Shown here in pieces: positions 11,501 through 25,669 of a stretch of DNA of 64,000 bases. A program made the translations under genes and the position numbers. Position 1 is the stretch's first letter, and each line of letters opens with the position of its first letter. The stretch lies in the NCBI GenBank assembly GCA_964016885.1, contig OZ024745.1, positions 111,228,001-111,292,000 on the forward strand, read 5' to 3'. The notes under the pieces are model-generated. The model was not told where the DNA came from, did not search any database, and saw nothing but the letters and a program-made list of their open reading frames with translations. This stretch comes from Eledone cirrhosa (Eukaryota).

Positions 11501-12148
11501 TTCTTGCATGGTTCCATTTTAGAAATATAAAGAAAAAACACAATTTAAATCAAAGTTTTCGATGTATGAAGTAGAATGGTTGTATTTATTTATAAAACAA
11601 ACAATACATATTTCAAGACATGTCTGGTTTTCTTCTCTGAAGCATTTGTCAAAGAGTCCTGAAGGTAAATTGAGGAGGGGTAGGTTGATGTGATTCCTTG
11701 TAATATTCTACATAAAGTGTTGATACAATTTTCTCTGTATGGCTTTCTGAGTTGATGTCACTCTCTGATGAATTCTGTACAGAAGAAAGCCAGATTACAT
11801 AACTATTAAGCTCTGTTACCTACATAGAGCACTCTTTTTTCCTGGACTTTTCCGACGGAATTACTTCATTTATATATATATATACGGAAAAAATGAAACG
11901 AAATTTCATTTCCCACTCTTAGTACGGCTGTTACTTAAATATAAGTATGTATATGTACATACATATATGTATACAGACGTACAGTAGTATGTATATATAT
12001 ATATACATACATGCACACATATATATATGTACGTATGGATTCACCAAACATTTATTATAATGCTCGGTGTGTTTGTAAACAAACATCCCGTATTAAGCCG
12101 TAGTGTCTAGCAACCATCGTTGCTCGTTTGTTCAACACTGACAAAGGA

Positions 12149-12191
12149 ACGCTGTACTAGTTTCAAGCTTGTTAGCTTTCGTCAGCAACGT
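12149..12191 (-). ncRNA. minimal type I hammerhead ribozyme, intact core
   Basis: ACGUUG CUGACGA AAGCU AACA AGCUU GAAA C UA G UA CAGCGU: stem I ACGUUG/CAGCGU, stem II 5 bp, palindromic stem III ACUAGU, GUA cleavage triplet. Confidence 0.85.
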
Positions 12192-12238
12192 ATACCTTGC
12201 TGCCAGATTGTTGAACATCCTGAATGGAAGGAAGGTAT

Positions 12239-12281
12239 ACGTTGCTGACGATAGCTAACAAGCTTGAAACTAGTACAGCGT
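12239..12281 (+). ncRNA. minimal type I hammerhead ribozyme (stem II closing pair mismatched)
   Basis: ACGTTG CTGACGA TAGCT AACA AGCTT GAAA CTAGTA CAGCGT; predicted cleavage after A12275. Confidence 0.8.
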
Positions 12282-12549
12282 TCCTTTGTCAGTGTTGAAC
12301 AAACGAGCAACGATGGTTGCTAGACACTGTACGGCTTAATACGGGATGTTTGTTTACTAACACACCGAGCATTATAATAAATGTTCGGTGAATCCATACG
12401 TACATATATATATGTGTGCATGTATGTATATATACATACTACTGTACGTCTGTATACATATATGTATGTACGTATACATACTTATATATATATCTATATA
12501 TATATATATATATATCTATATATATATACATACACAAGCACACCCAAAC

Positions 12550-12581
<32 letters not shown>

Positions 12582-13735
12582 GGGGGAGATGGGTGGCAGC
12601 ATAAAAGTCGTTGAGTGAACATTTGCTTTTATTTATGTAAGTATATACCTCTTTAATGATGTCTGTCTGTATAGGTTTGTAGATGTAAATAAAATAAAGT
12701 AACAAGAAAAAAACAAAAGGTTTATATTTCAATATTTCTTCAGAGCTCACATGTATGTTTTAATTATAGCTGGAATACAAGCAGTTGTCATGTAATATCT
12801 AGGCAACAGTAGATGAAAGATAAAATGTTATTGTTGTTGTATAACCCCAGGTCAGCCCTGATCAAGCAGACCTATTAAAAAAATGTGGACTTTGAGGCAG
12901 AATAAGCTGCCGTCTCTTGTAGAATTAGCGACCATGTAGTGGCTTTCTTATTGGTTTACAGATAAAATGTATACTTTTCAGGTGCAAAACAAACAAACAA
13001 AAACAAAAGAACAGTTACTGAAAAAGTAGTTGACATAAAGGCTTGGAATACTAACACAGTCAAAGTTTCATATGAAAATATTTAAAAGACATTGGAAGAC
13101 ATTTTTGAAATGAAGTGTATGTGTGTTTGTTTGTGTGTGTGTGTAATTATAGCTTTGCTTTGTGAGTAGTATATGTTTGTTTGGTGTGTTTTTAAATGTG
13201 TATAAGAGAGGAGGTTGGAGAAAGAGGAGAGGTGTGTGAGAGTTGGTATGTGAAATCTAATGTGCATAATTAACTAGTTGACAACGTGACAAAAAATAAA
13301 TAAATACATGAAGGGAAATGTATTTCAGTATCAACTCAACTTTGATAAATTCAGCTGGTTGTTGTAAAAATATTGAGCATCATTTTCCTTTTCTATTTTT
13401 ATGAATGAAACAGGAAGAACTTATAATCTATTAAAGCTTTTAGCTGGATGCCAATCTCTCTCTCTAGAGAGAGAGAGACCCAAAACCTGCGTCATTGATT
13501 CAGTCGGATAAATTTTATGGCACTTTAGCATTAGCAATCAATACTCGATAGAGGGGACAATAGCTGTAGGAATAAAGTCACTGTGTGCTCAAATAGGGAA
13601 TCAATAAATATTCATGAATTTAAATACAAACTAGAGAGGAAAAATGAATAAATAAATTGATCAATAAATAAAAACTTTTGAGACTTGTATACATGTATGT
13701 ATGTATAATCTTCAAACAAACCAACAAAGGGAGCT

Positions 13736-14130
13736 ATTATGTAGTCAATCTGCTAGGAGTAGCAACAAAATCTGCTTCAAATCACACTCTATTCTCTTTA
13801 AAAAAGAAGGACATCTTCAATAATGTAGTTTTAGAGACAATATGAATGAAAAAATATGGAATGATCATTAGTTAGCTTCATCAGGGCTAACCTAGAGTTA
13901 TACAGTAACAATAACAAATATAATCATCACTATGATCACCATCACTTTGAATCCCTTATGTGGTCTCTTTATCTGCTAGAAATAGCAGCCAAATCTTCCT
14001 CAAATCACACTCTCCCATATTAAGTAAAGTCTACGTGGAACAATGTGGTCTCTGATATAAAAAAAATGAATGGAAAGGTCAGCGTTGGAACATCTTTAAT
14101 CATAGATCTGCTCAATCTTGGCTTAATCAA
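13736..14130 (+). mobile_element. two diverged copies of a SINE-like 3' module (family 3)
   Basis: CTGCTAG.A.TAGCA.C.AAATCT..CTCAAATCACACTCT occurs at about 13750 and about 13972. Also at 40860, and inverted at about 51280 and about 63060. Confidence 0.6.
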
Positions 14131-14267
14131 ATTCTATTCGCAAGATATTGGCCAGCCTGAGGTTATGTTAGAAAACATTTGTTGATGGTACCTGAAACTA
14201 CCTGGTTTCAAAGTAAACTTCTTAACCATACAGCAATGTTTGCATCTATTGTTTGTATAAACAATTT

Positions 14268-14880
14268 AAAGCTGTATATAGCTATGGTGTGTTCACACTT
14301 AGAATTTGCATCATCAGTCTGGAGCCCCTATCTTGCTCAGAATATTGATCTCCTGGAAACTGTTCAGGGATGTGCAACCAAACGAATACCCTCCATCAGG
14401 CATCTATCATGCCCTGAATGCCTTGCCTGGGCATGGATACATTAAAGTTCCAATGTTCCAACTGAATTGGTAGACCCTACAAAATGATTAAACATCTTTC
14501 CAGCAGCAACTTTTTGAATTCCATATGTCTAACACCCATGGACATGCTTACAAAATTAGAAAATAGTACAACTCCCATGACTTTCAGAAACATTTTTCAT
14601 GCTCAGAGTTGCCAAAACATGGAACAAACTACCTGCATCAGTTGTTAGATGATAGGACACTGCATCCTTCAAAATTTCCATGCTTCCCGAAATTCGCCAA
14701 CACTACACCTGATATTCCCCCTCCATACACATGCATGTGTGTGCGTGTTTGTGTGTGTATCATGACTCATACACTGTTCACTTTCCTGAGTTTTGTACAT
14801 TATTCTAAGTACTATACATGCACATTTGATGAGTTGTTGTGCACCTGAGCACTGTACACAATAATTTTCATTATCATTAT
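14268..14880 (+). mobile_element. CR1-clade LINE 3' fragment
   Basis: LYIAMVCSHLEFASSVWSPYLAQNIDLLETVQGCATKRIP matches the CR1 ORF2 motif LY..LVRPHLEY...WSP.....LE.VQRRATK. 3' UTR ends in (ATT)n. Confidence 0.85.
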
Positions 14881-16798
14881 TAATGATATCCAAACTAGAA
14901 CTGAGTAACTTAACCATAAAAATAAATATGAATAGGTGTCACATTTAGATGTTAATATTAAGAAAGGGGTGAGTAAAATAACTGGATGTAGTGTTTATAG
15001 TGTGAGCAGCCAGTTATGGCTAGTATAAACAGAAAGAGGTGAGAGAACTCTAGCCGAATATGGCCGTTTTAAGTGCTAAAAGGCTAAAACAAAGTGATAA
15101 ATACAAGAGGCATCCAAGACTAAATGGTGATATTAAATTGAATAGTGGATTAAGTTTAACCACTCAAGAACAGGTTCAGTCGAATGGGCTTCAGCACAGT
15201 TGCCTTCTACACAACTTCACTATGGATCAATCTCAGAAGCCCATGATCACAAAACAAGTTTCTCAACCACATAGCTATATTTGTATCTATGACTGAGTTC
15301 ATGCCAGAGCCTGAGGACAATTTATGGTGGAGCTGGACACATCTAGCCTGATGGTTTACAATGCTGACATTAAATATCTGAAACTAAAATGCTATTGTGT
15401 TTGATGGATTAATTAAATACTATACAATTAAAAACTTGTTATTTATAATTTTAAATTTCTGTACAACAAAGATTTTTTTGGTTATTTTCATTAGCCAAGC
15501 AGCTATACATTTATTCAAACCAAGAGTAAAATTTCTTTCCTTTCCTGTTCAAGCAAGAATTCTAAATTTTCAAGACACTTGTACTAATTACTTACTTTTC
15601 AAGGAGCATCATTTTCCCATTGAGGCTAGTTTATCCATAGATTCGTGTTACATTCTGACAGAATTGTAATCAATTTTCTAACTTCTCTTCAAGTGACCTT
15701 TATGGGATGATATTCTTTTTCATAGCTTAAAGGTAACTGGCATCCAAGCTACTTAAGTATAGCCTAAGTTAATTTTTCTCCTGTACTAGTGGAACTTTTC
15801 AAATCCCACTACACTAGCTTGAGTATGTAAATAAAAAGAAGAAAATTACAGACACGAAAATGTGCAGAGATGTATTAATGTTCAAAATCATTACAGTTCT
15901 CAGAAGACTAATATTACATAAAAGATACACTAGGGTTGGTAGAACCCGTCAAATAAATTCTTGCTAAGAATATTCTTAGGCTCTTGTAAGGTATGTGTTA
16001 CAAAGTCAAATTATGTAAAACCAAAGATACTGGAGAAGTTATTCTATTCATCTTATACACAACGGAAAACATTTCTTGCATTTATAATCTTTCAGAAAAA
16101 TCTTCATTTATTCTATTACAATCATCATCACGATCATAACTAAATTAAAAAGTCACTAAGTATATTTTGAATAATATATATTAAGTATTTCATCATCATA
16201 GTTGAAAATATATCCAAAGAGATATTTCCTACTTAAAAAAAAAAAAAATTATTTACACCTGTAAATTCCATATACTCTTTCGAAATCCCAGGCTACATTA
16301 CTATTGGAATATTAGTGTGAGAAACATGTTCAAATGAAAGAAGAACAAATCTATTTTCTTACTGATTTAGACAGAATGAGTAATAATAAGGAATTGAAAG
16401 GAAAACCACTAAATGTATTTGGCATCTGAGTAATAACAATAGCATAATAAATTATGTATTTGGAAATAGTCTTTATCCATCATAACATAATTAGATTCAA
16501 TCAAACTACACTAAACCCACATAGTAAAAAAAAAGAGGTTAATATATATAAAACCTTTCAGTAATATTTATTAAAAAAACACCAAACAAAATTCTGACAG
16601 AAAATTGTATTTATTACAATTAAGACAAACAGAAAATTGTTGGAATGAAGTCGTTAATGGTGAGTAAATGAATTCAAACATTGACTGAATGAGCAGTGGA
16701 TATTTTAATAGCCAGGGTTAGGTTTATTAGGTGGGCAGAAGGGGCAATACCCGGGGTACCCTTTGTCAAACAAGGCCACAGCTCCCCCAACCTGAACA

Positions 16799-17014
16799 TT
16801 AACCCTTTAGCATTTGCATTACTCTATATTTACTATTGTATTTTCATGGTAAAGGCTTAACCTTACATAATTATCTCACATAATATTGAATCTATGAGAT
16901 TTTGATATTATTTATTTTGAGAACAATACCTTAACATCAGTATGAGTGGTCAGTTACAGCCAGTTTGAACAGAAAGAGGTGAGAGAATTCTGGCTGGATA
17001 CAGCTGGTTTAAAT
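16799..17014. mobile_element. family A MITE, one TIR truncated
   Basis: TTAA CCCTTTAGCATTT start and family body. Confidence 0.8.
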
Positions 17015-17112
17015 TAAATAAATGCATGATACATGACAAGGCTGAGTGAAATGAAAGAAATTATGATTACTCTATATTACTCTACAACTAATAATAATAA
17101 TAATGATGATAA

Positions 17113-17325
17113 TGGTTTCTGACTTAGGCACAGGGCTAACAATTTTTGAGGGAGGGGTAGGTCGATTTAATCGACCCCACTGTGTTACTGGTACTTTATT
17201 TTATCAACCCTGTAAAGATGAAAGGCAAAACTAACTCAGGTGAGATTTGAACTCTGATTGCAAAGGGAAGTAATTCTATGCTGCAAAGCATATTGTTCGA
17301 CGTTCTACCAATACTGCCAATCCAA
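17113..17325 (-). mobile_element. SINE family 1 (long variant)
   Basis: Family core plus GGTCGATTTAATCGACC hairpin block. Confidence 0.8.
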
Positions 17326-17716
17326 CCAGCCTGGGAGGTCAGTAGCTCCACTTCAGTAATGACTGAGTATGTGAAAACCCATCCAACCCTTGTCAGCAGG
17401 GAAAGTTGACAATAAACAATGATTAAATGATAAAACACTAATAATAATAACAATACTAACAATAAAAATAGTTTTGAGGTCTGTTTAAACAGAACCGGAA
17501 TTGATGCAAGGTTACATTGTTATTAATTATTGATGCAGAAGACAACACTTCTTGGTACAGCAAGGATTATAAGGAAAGTTTTGTCTATGTAAGGCACAGG
17601 AGAGGATGTGGTGAGGTTACTTTGTCAACTTGTTGTTGATTGCTCCCTAATTGAAATATCTAGATCGTTTAACATCTAAGTGTCTGAGATTTACAAAAAT
17701 GAGCCACAATAATAAT

Positions 17717-18122
17717 AATTGTTTCTACTTTAGGAACAAGGCCAGCAATTACCCAGTGCATTACTGGTACTTTATTTTATCAACCCTGTAAGGATGAACG
17801 GCAAAGTTAACCTCGGCGGGATTTGAACTCAGAATGGCAAGGACCATAACTCTATGCGTCAAAGCATGGCGTCCAACCCTCTACCGATAATGCCAAAATG
17901 ATTTCTACTATAGGCACAAGGCCAGCAATTTGGGGAGAGGGGAAAGTCGATTAAATCAGCCCCAGTGCATTACTGGTGCTTTGTTTATTGACACCCCCCC
18001 CCCCATGAGGATGAAAGGTAAAGCTAACCTTGGCAGGATTTTATCTCAGAACGTAAAGGGCCATAACTCTTTGCTGCAAAGCATGGTGTCTGATGATCTA
18101 CCGATCCTGCCATTCCGCCACC
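17717..18122 (-). mobile_element. two tandem SINE family 1 copies (short and long variant)
   Basis: 17717-17897 and 17900-18122, each with B box and core. Confidence 0.85.
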
Positions 18123-18276
18123 AATAATAATGATTTCTTTATTGGCCACAAGGGCTGACATCAAGAAAAACATTACAGACGGCACAGGACGGTACGATGT
18201 GGGTTTTGTGCGTGTAAATATTTTTATTATTTATATAAGAAAAGAAAAAAAAAGGACATAGAAACATAATAATAAT

Positions 18277-18448
18277 AATTGTTTAACTTTTGGACAAGGC
18301 CAGCAATTACCCAGTACATTACTGGTACTTTATTTGATCGACCTCGCAAAGTTAACCTCGCCGGGATTTGAACTCAGATCATAAAGGGAAGTAACTATGC
18401 TGGAAAGCATGTCCGACCCTCTACCGATACTGCCAATTCACCACCCTT
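18277..18448 (-). mobile_element. SINE family 1 with internal deletion
   Basis: A and B boxes present; the GGATGAAAG segment is missing. Confidence 0.8.
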
Positions 18449-18839
18449 AATAATAATAATGATAATAATAATAATAATTACGCTAATGGGAATGAATGAA
18501 AGTAATCAGCATTCAGTTTCAACGTGAAGAGAAGCAATTACTGCAGGGATACCTGACTAAATATAGATGAATTAACCACAGTTTTATTGATTGTGAAGTG
18601 TTGTCCCTATATGATGCAGTCTAGTTGGTAATGCAGGTTAGATTAGGAAGAACAGTTTATAATATATTCATCTAAAGCACTACAAGAAATCACACCGCTA
18701 CATCATCAATAAGTTAATCAAGAAAATTATTCAAGGTCTTCGTAGAAATTAACCTGAGATCTCTCTTTTTTTTTTATATATATATAAATTTATAAGCATT
18801 TGTTTATAGTCGTTAATGCCTTCTTTGTAGAATATAACT

Positions 18840-19020
18840 CTAGGTACACACACACTAACACTCATACACACATGGTACAAACACTAGTTATACATACTAG
18901 GTCACACACATGGTACAAACACTAGTTACACACACACACACATGGTACAAACATTAGTTGCACATACTAGGTCACATACACACACATGGTACAAACACTA
19001 GTTACACACACACACACTAA
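18840..19020. repeat. minisatellite (CACACATGGTACAAACACTAGTTA-like units)
   Basis: About four imperfect units. Confidence 0.8.
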
Positions 19021-20336
19021 GTACTCAAACTGGGTACATACACACTATGTACAAGCTTACTATATATATGCCCTAGGTACATACAATAAGCACCTAGGGT
19101 AGAGATGCTAAGTACACACATGAGGTACACAAACATTAAGTGTATGAACATTAGATATACATACACACTAAATATACATACAAGACATAACCATATAAAT
19201 AACATGTTCATCATTATCATCATCATCATTTAATGTCCACTTAGTGTTCTCTGCTGGCAAGGGTTGGACAGGTCTTCACAGACTCAGTCAGTACTGAAGC
19301 AGGGCTACTGACCTCCCAAATAGGTTAGAGGTTCCATGTTCTTCATTATATAATTTCTAAAACCTGCTTAAGATATTAAAATATTGATCTAATACCATAG
19401 AAAGTGACTAAAAAAAGGGTAAAGATCCCATAACTCCTTGTGGAGGTGTAGAGGGCACTTTTAAACCTGGCAGATGGGGGGAGGGGGGGGGGGGCCAAAA
19501 AATAATGTAGAGTCCAATACTTGGGCTGATTCTTTTCTCTCTCTATCTATCTAGAAGATATAAAGTGTTGTCAGACTTGGAGAGAGATGGGTTTTGCCAG
19601 ATTTCATATAGCCAAGAGATGCTGTGTATTAAAATGGTACCTTAATGGTTTCTATAAGGCGTTAAAAGCTGAAGAACACATAGAGAGAAAGAATCAAAAC
19701 TTTATTATTATTATTGCTAGCTCTAGGGCAAACCAATAAAACTGATGGAATATGAAGACTTTGCAAGTAAGAGGTGTCAACAGCCTCAGGCAACAAGAAC
19801 AACAATGACAACAAAATAATAAACAAAAGGGAAGTTAAAAAAAAGTTGATATTACTTTAAGGCACAGAATCTCTTAAATAAAAATGGGTCCAAACAAAAA
19901 GAATATTTAGAGGGTATGCTTTATTAATTAGGCATTAGAAGTTGTAACAATTTTGTGCAACAACTTCAAATTAATAACATGAAAACATGTTGAGAAAAAG
20001 ATAAGACTTACATAATTAGAAGTTAGTAAGTCAGGGAAAATCTGGAATAAACTAAATATGGTTGACTTAAGAAAATTAGTTTTAGAGATAAATCCCATTT
20101 TCTGCATTTTTCACATCAGCACAGTTTCCAACTCCTCAATGTGATCCACATGGCTTAGGACATGTAAAAGACCCATGTTAAAGATGCTATATAGTGGGAT
20201 CAAACCCAAGAGCTGATGATGGTGAAGAAAGCTCCTTAACCACTCACTCATGACTCAGTCAAATCGATTGTATTTGTAATTAAAAGGTCCAACACTGTCA
20301 AATATTGTGTTATACTGATTCTGTTTAGGAATTACA

Positions 20337-20553
20337 TTAACCCTTTACTCTATATATACTATTGTATTTTCATGACAAACACTTTATTTCATATAATTAT
20401 CTCACATAATATCGAATCTACGAGATTTTGATATTATTCATTTTGAGAATAATACCTTAACATAAGTATGAGCAGACAGTTATGTCCAGTTTGAACAAAA
20501 AGAGGTGAGAGAATTCTGGTCAGATATGGCCAGTTTAAATGCTAAAGGGTTAA
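20337..20553. mobile_element. family A MITE
   Basis: TTAA CCCTTTA ... TAAAGGG TTAA. Confidence 0.85.
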
Positions 20554-23094
20554 GAGTTCATTACCTGTGGAATATTTGGCTGCTTATATGTTAATTTAAC
20601 ATGTTGGATGTTCAATAGATCAAATAACTAAATGTTTATTGTTAAAATCAATAGAAAATCAAACATCTACATGAAAAAAGCCCATTGCAGTAACCTTAAA
20701 ATATATATTATATTTACATGATTAGATACAACCATAACTATGTTATGGAGTTTATCATGGATAGAAAAAAACTTAATAAAATAAGAAAGTCTAAAAATTA
20801 AATTTAAGTCTGATAAAAGCTTCTTACTACATGGTTTCTAAGATAAATGAAAGTTAAATTTTTTTTTAATTTAACAACACTAAAGACATAAGCACATTTT
20901 GTGCATAAAGGGAATATTGCCTTCCCATACCACTGTAAATAATAGAGAAACAAAGAGTAGCAAGAAGAAAACTCAATTTGAATGATCAAATCACTAGAAG
21001 GAAGAAAATTATAGGAAGTGGGAAATATTAAGGTAAAAACAGCAGCTATTGATTCAAAATTTTCTATTGACTGACTCCTATGCTAACAGGGTGCTACTTT
21101 TCCAAAATGATCAGCTGATGCAATAATCAAGTTAAACTGATGGCTAATCATGGGTTATAATATTCAAATGCCAACTGGTGAGAGATGAAACAGTAAGGTG
21201 TGATGGTTAGGTTGTTGCTAAATGATAACAAATAAAACAGAAGTACTTGATAACAGTCCAAAATATTCCTTTAATTTTCAGCAATGTAACGCACCCTCTT
21301 TATTTCTAACAAAAAAAAAAAAAACTTTGTCCGTCTAGATCTTTCAGGAGATATTACTATCATGTCCTTTGAGAGAAGAAAAAGAGAAAAATATAAGGTA
21401 AAGAATTGTAACAAGCATTAGATAATAATGAAAAAAATGAAACCAAATCACAAACAGAGATAAAGAGACAAAAATTAAAGCAAAAAGATAGTATAAAATA
21501 AAATAAAATGAATTTCAGGCAATGATGATTATTGTTGAGTTTAAAAAGAAGGACTGGGTTTGGTATGAAATGTTTAAGTTAAAGTGAATTGAGTAGTTAA
21601 GAAAGTCAGGAGGAGAGAAAGAGATATAAGAAGAGAGAGAAAGGCAAAGAGGGGTGCAAAATGAATTAGCAGAAAATAGAGGAAAGAAAAGAATAGGAAG
21701 GGTTGATTTTCACTTTATTTGATTGTGTAAGTGTGGCAGCAGGGGGGGGGGGGGGGCAAGCACCATCTTGATTGTTGAAGAGAAAAGGGCAGTATCGAGT
21801 TGATTCCTAATTACTTGATCACAGGTATTGGGAAATAAAGAGAAAATAATAAAATACTGAATGTGCATATAGATTTCTTTAAATTTCTTTTGTAAGAGGT
21901 GTGTTAAGTATTAGCAAGGATGGAAAAAGTGGAAACAAGAAAGCAACAGTGTGTGTGTGAGACAGAGAAGAAGAGAGAAAAAGAGAGATAGATAGACAGA
22001 GAGAGAGAGAGACAGAGAGAAGCAGACAGACAAAGAGAAAGAATGAGAGAAAGAAAGAAAGAGTTAAGCACATGAAATGCATCTACATTTAATGCCAAAA
22101 CTGTGACAAAAATGGCCCCCAGTTCAAGTCAGCATGCAAAGAGGACCTAATCTATGCTAATATTTGAAAGCATAAGTGTTTTTTGCCCAGTGAGTTTTTC
22201 CCTTTGCCTGTTAAATGATTGACAGGTGCATTGCACAAGTACTGCCCTGTCGGGATGAAAAAGACAAAAGGCTGGAAATAGAGTATGCTATAAGTTACAG
22301 AGAAATAAAAGAAAGATCAGAAGAGGTGGTGCAGAAGGAGGAAGAGAAGGGAGGGTAAAATAAAATGACACAAATGTCGAAGACAATATATTATACAGAG
22401 CAAGAGAGATATTTGATACTGTAAAGGTTGCGTGATGCTGGGTAAAAGAAAAAGGAAAAAAAATAAAAATAAATAAATAAATAAAAAGCTGTTTTCTTAG
22501 TTCATGGACAGAGTGGGAGGGTGAAGAAGTAGCAGTAGTAGTAGTAATAATAATAATGATAATAATAATAATAATCTTAATAATATTTCATAAACTGTAA
22601 AAATAAATAAAAGAAAAAAACCCAAATCATTAATAACACAAAAGAAAATTGAAATAGACTATAAATTTGTATTTATCTTGGAAAGATAACTGGCCATGCC
22701 AAAACATTGGTAAGGATTAAATATATTCTAGTTTAAAGACAGCATCCACAATATCTTAGTGACAGCTAACAATTCTTTTTGGTAAATAAATGTCTTCTGA
22801 CAGATTTCTCAGTTTTCCACTTAGTCTTTTTTTTTTAGGGCTTGACGTAAAATCTTCTAAGATAACACAAAATACATATTTAATAAAGAATATAGGGAAT
22901 AAACATTTAAATATATGGCTAGATATTGTTTGTATACAACATATAAAGAGATAGTTTGATTCTAAAGTGAGACACATAATTTCTCAACCAAGCTCCAGAA
23001 CTTAGTTTATTCATTATTCATTTCTTACACGCTTTAGTTGCAGTTTTTTAAAACTCTTTTTATTACCAAACCATTCAAAACTATCCCTGTTTAT

Positions 23095-23310
23095 TTAACC
23101 CTTTAGCATTTAAACCGGCTGTATCCGGTCAGAATTCTTTCATCTCTTTCTGTTCAAACCAGCCATAACTAGCCACTCATACTAATGTTAAGGTACAGTT
23201 CTCAAAATAAATAATATCAAAATCTCATAGTTTCGATATTATGTGAGATAAAGTGTTTACCACGAAAATATAATAGTAAATATAGAGTAATGTAAATGCT
23301 AAAGGGTTAA
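23095..23310. mobile_element. family A MITE
   Basis: TTAA CCCTTTAGCATTT ... AAATGCTAAAGGG TTAA. Confidence 0.9.
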
Positions 23311-23907
23311 AATGTTTATATTTATCTAAAAACCTTACATCATAAATTTTATGTTAGGACCTTTGTTATCTTCTAAATACCAGTTTCATATTGAAAAAGT
23401 TAGTAATATTACTAAATTTTTTCAAATTCTTTGTCATTTTCAAAATTATTTCAAAATCATATGCAGTGTTGTTGTTTTTTTTTTGTTTTATTAAAAATAT
23501 GGTAACAAAATGGTTAATGTTAGCTGGCAGTAGAAAAGTTATTTTACTCATAGCCAATTTTCCTGTAGTTTAGATTCTTTCAACCTTTTAGTTTCCTTGA
23601 TATCTAATTTGTTTTAAATTCCTATCCAAAACTCTACACCACCTTCTTAACTCAAATAACATCTCAATTCTCTTGTGGTTCTATTAATCCAGATTCTAAA
23701 TTACATATCCACTTGACCCATTACAAAGTATTTTAAACTCTTATTTATAGAAAACAACTTAATCAACTTAACTTCTTAATTTCCTGTTTATATATTTTAC
23801 CTCCAACAATAACGCTGCTTATATCATTATTATTTTCTGAGTTAACTCTCTCATTACCATATTTTTAATGAAAGACACAGACTATGATTTTCAAGTCATT
23901 TTGAAAA

Positions 23908-24092
23908 TAATTGTTTCTACTTATGGCACAAGGCCAACAATTACCCAGTGCATTACTGGTACTTTATTTTATCGACCCCGAAAGGATGAAAGGCAAAGTT
24001 AACCTCGGCGAGATTTGAACACAGTCCGTAAAGAGATGTAACTGTGCTGCAAAGCATGGCGTCCGACCCTCTACCGATACTGCCAATTCACA
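23908..24092 (-). mobile_element. SINE family 1
   Basis: Full core and A box; follows a partial family B MITE. Confidence 0.85.
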
Positions 24093-24750
24093 ATGATAGG
24101 CAGAAGCAGCATGGAAGCTTGTCATATACAAATATATATATATATTAATTCCTTTTTACATAGTACTGTAGTATAAATAAATATATATCATTTTCTATGT
24201 TTGGTTAAGCCACCAAGTACCACATTTCTATTTTTTCCCTTTCAGTTGAAGCGCTGAATGTACTGAAACTATAGTGATTTCCAAAGGATGACTGAAGAGA
24301 AAGGATTGTTCATTTTTCCATTGTCTTTGTCTTGTGCACCCACGTTTTTTATATATATATATATATATATACACTGCATATTTATGCTCTGTAGATGACT
24401 TACTATGAAATTATTCATACAAATATGAATTGTTACTATAAACATTGAGTGCTAAATGTGGCTTATACTCAGATGAATTATTTTTCTATGGTACTAATAA
24501 CAATCAACTGGGAGAATTGACTCTTAGAACAAAGAAAAATATATAGGTTTTATTGAAACTGAGAGCCCATCTATATATATATATATATATATATATTCCA
24601 AACCCATGCAAGCGTGGAACACGGACGTTAAACGATGATGATGATGATGATGATGATATATATATAAACTTTAAATAAATATATTTCTTCATTTTACTGT
24701 GTTGTTTGCTTTGTTGTTTCTGTTTACTTTCCACATATGTATTTGTGTAA

Positions 24751-24788
<38 letters not shown>

Positions 24789-24852
24789 TATTAAACAAAC
24801 ACACATAATACATATATTACACAAATACAATTATATATATATATATATATAT

Positions 24853-25135
24853 CTTCTTCTTTGCCCACTTATTCCAGAGAGGATTGTGGGGGCAGAGTCC
24901 TCAAAGACTCCTTCCAGCGGGTCCTGTCAGAAGCAACCATCTCCAACTGATCCGGATGGATCCTCAAGTGAGACCAGTGAACTCATGGATGTTATCCAGC
25001 CATCTTGCTCGGGGTCTACCCCTGGGTTTCCTGCTAGTTGGTTTTGCCTGTAAAATCTATCCAGCAATTCTTTCTTGAGACATTCTAACCACATGCCCAT
25101 AGTATTGAAGCTGTGATCTCTCAATTTGGAAAAGT
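24853..25135 (-). mobile_element. RTE LINE 3' fragment with (GAA)n tail
   Basis: Minus strand encodes a GH..RM...R...RPRGRPRARW.D.I-type end. Related copies at 40088-40500 (+) and 46955-47320 (-). Confidence 0.75.
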
Positions 25136-25271
25136 AGCGGAGAAGTAGCCAAGCGCTGCATGGCTAGAAGGAAAATCAGTGCTGCGAAAATGGAGACACT
25201 CATTCTCTGAAGGAAGTCTGTGCAGTGCCTTCTAATGACTCTGCCAGTTCATCATTTCAGAAAGGCTGATA

Positions 25272-25480
25272 ATGGTTTCTAATTTAGGCAGCAATTTAAG
25301 GAAGGGAAAATCGATTATATCATCCCTAGTACATGACTGGTACTTCATTTTATTGACCTCAAAAGGATGAAAAGTAAATTTGACCTCAGTAAGATTTGAA
25401 CTCAGAACATAGAGAGCCAGAGCAAATACTAGTATTTGACTCTGCCATGATGCCCTAATGACTCTGCCAACCCACTGCAC
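25272..25480 (-). mobile_element. SINE family 1, diverged
   Basis: Family core present. Confidence 0.7.
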
Positions 25481-25669
25481 TTATAATGAGGCTTATAATG
25501 AGATCTGACTAGATGTAAGAGTTTTATGAGTCTTGTCCTACACATGTCAAGTCAGTGTGGAACAAGTGTTAAAACTGGCAATGATGACAATATAATAAAT
25601 ATAGTGTTTTATTACTACTATAGTAACAAGTACATTTGTCATGTATATATATATATGTGTGCATATGTA

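Larger units (their letters stand above)
11939..12487. mobile_element. inverted pair of Penelope-like terminal repeats (about 260-bp arms, 33-bp spacer)
   Basis: Arms 11939-12198 and 12232-12487 are near-perfect reverse complements. Each has a hammerhead, AATAAA and a (TA/TG)-rich tail. Confidence 0.8.

Noticed and set aside
11041-11541. Regular repeats resembling a CRISPR array or repeat protein
   Set aside because: No unique spacers; the units are tandem copies of a MITE end in eukaryotic DNA.
11620-11775. Possible minus-strand terminal exon (NSSESDINSESHTEK...FRTL*)
   Set aside because: An acceptor-like TACAG is present but the frame is short and unrecognised; insufficient support.
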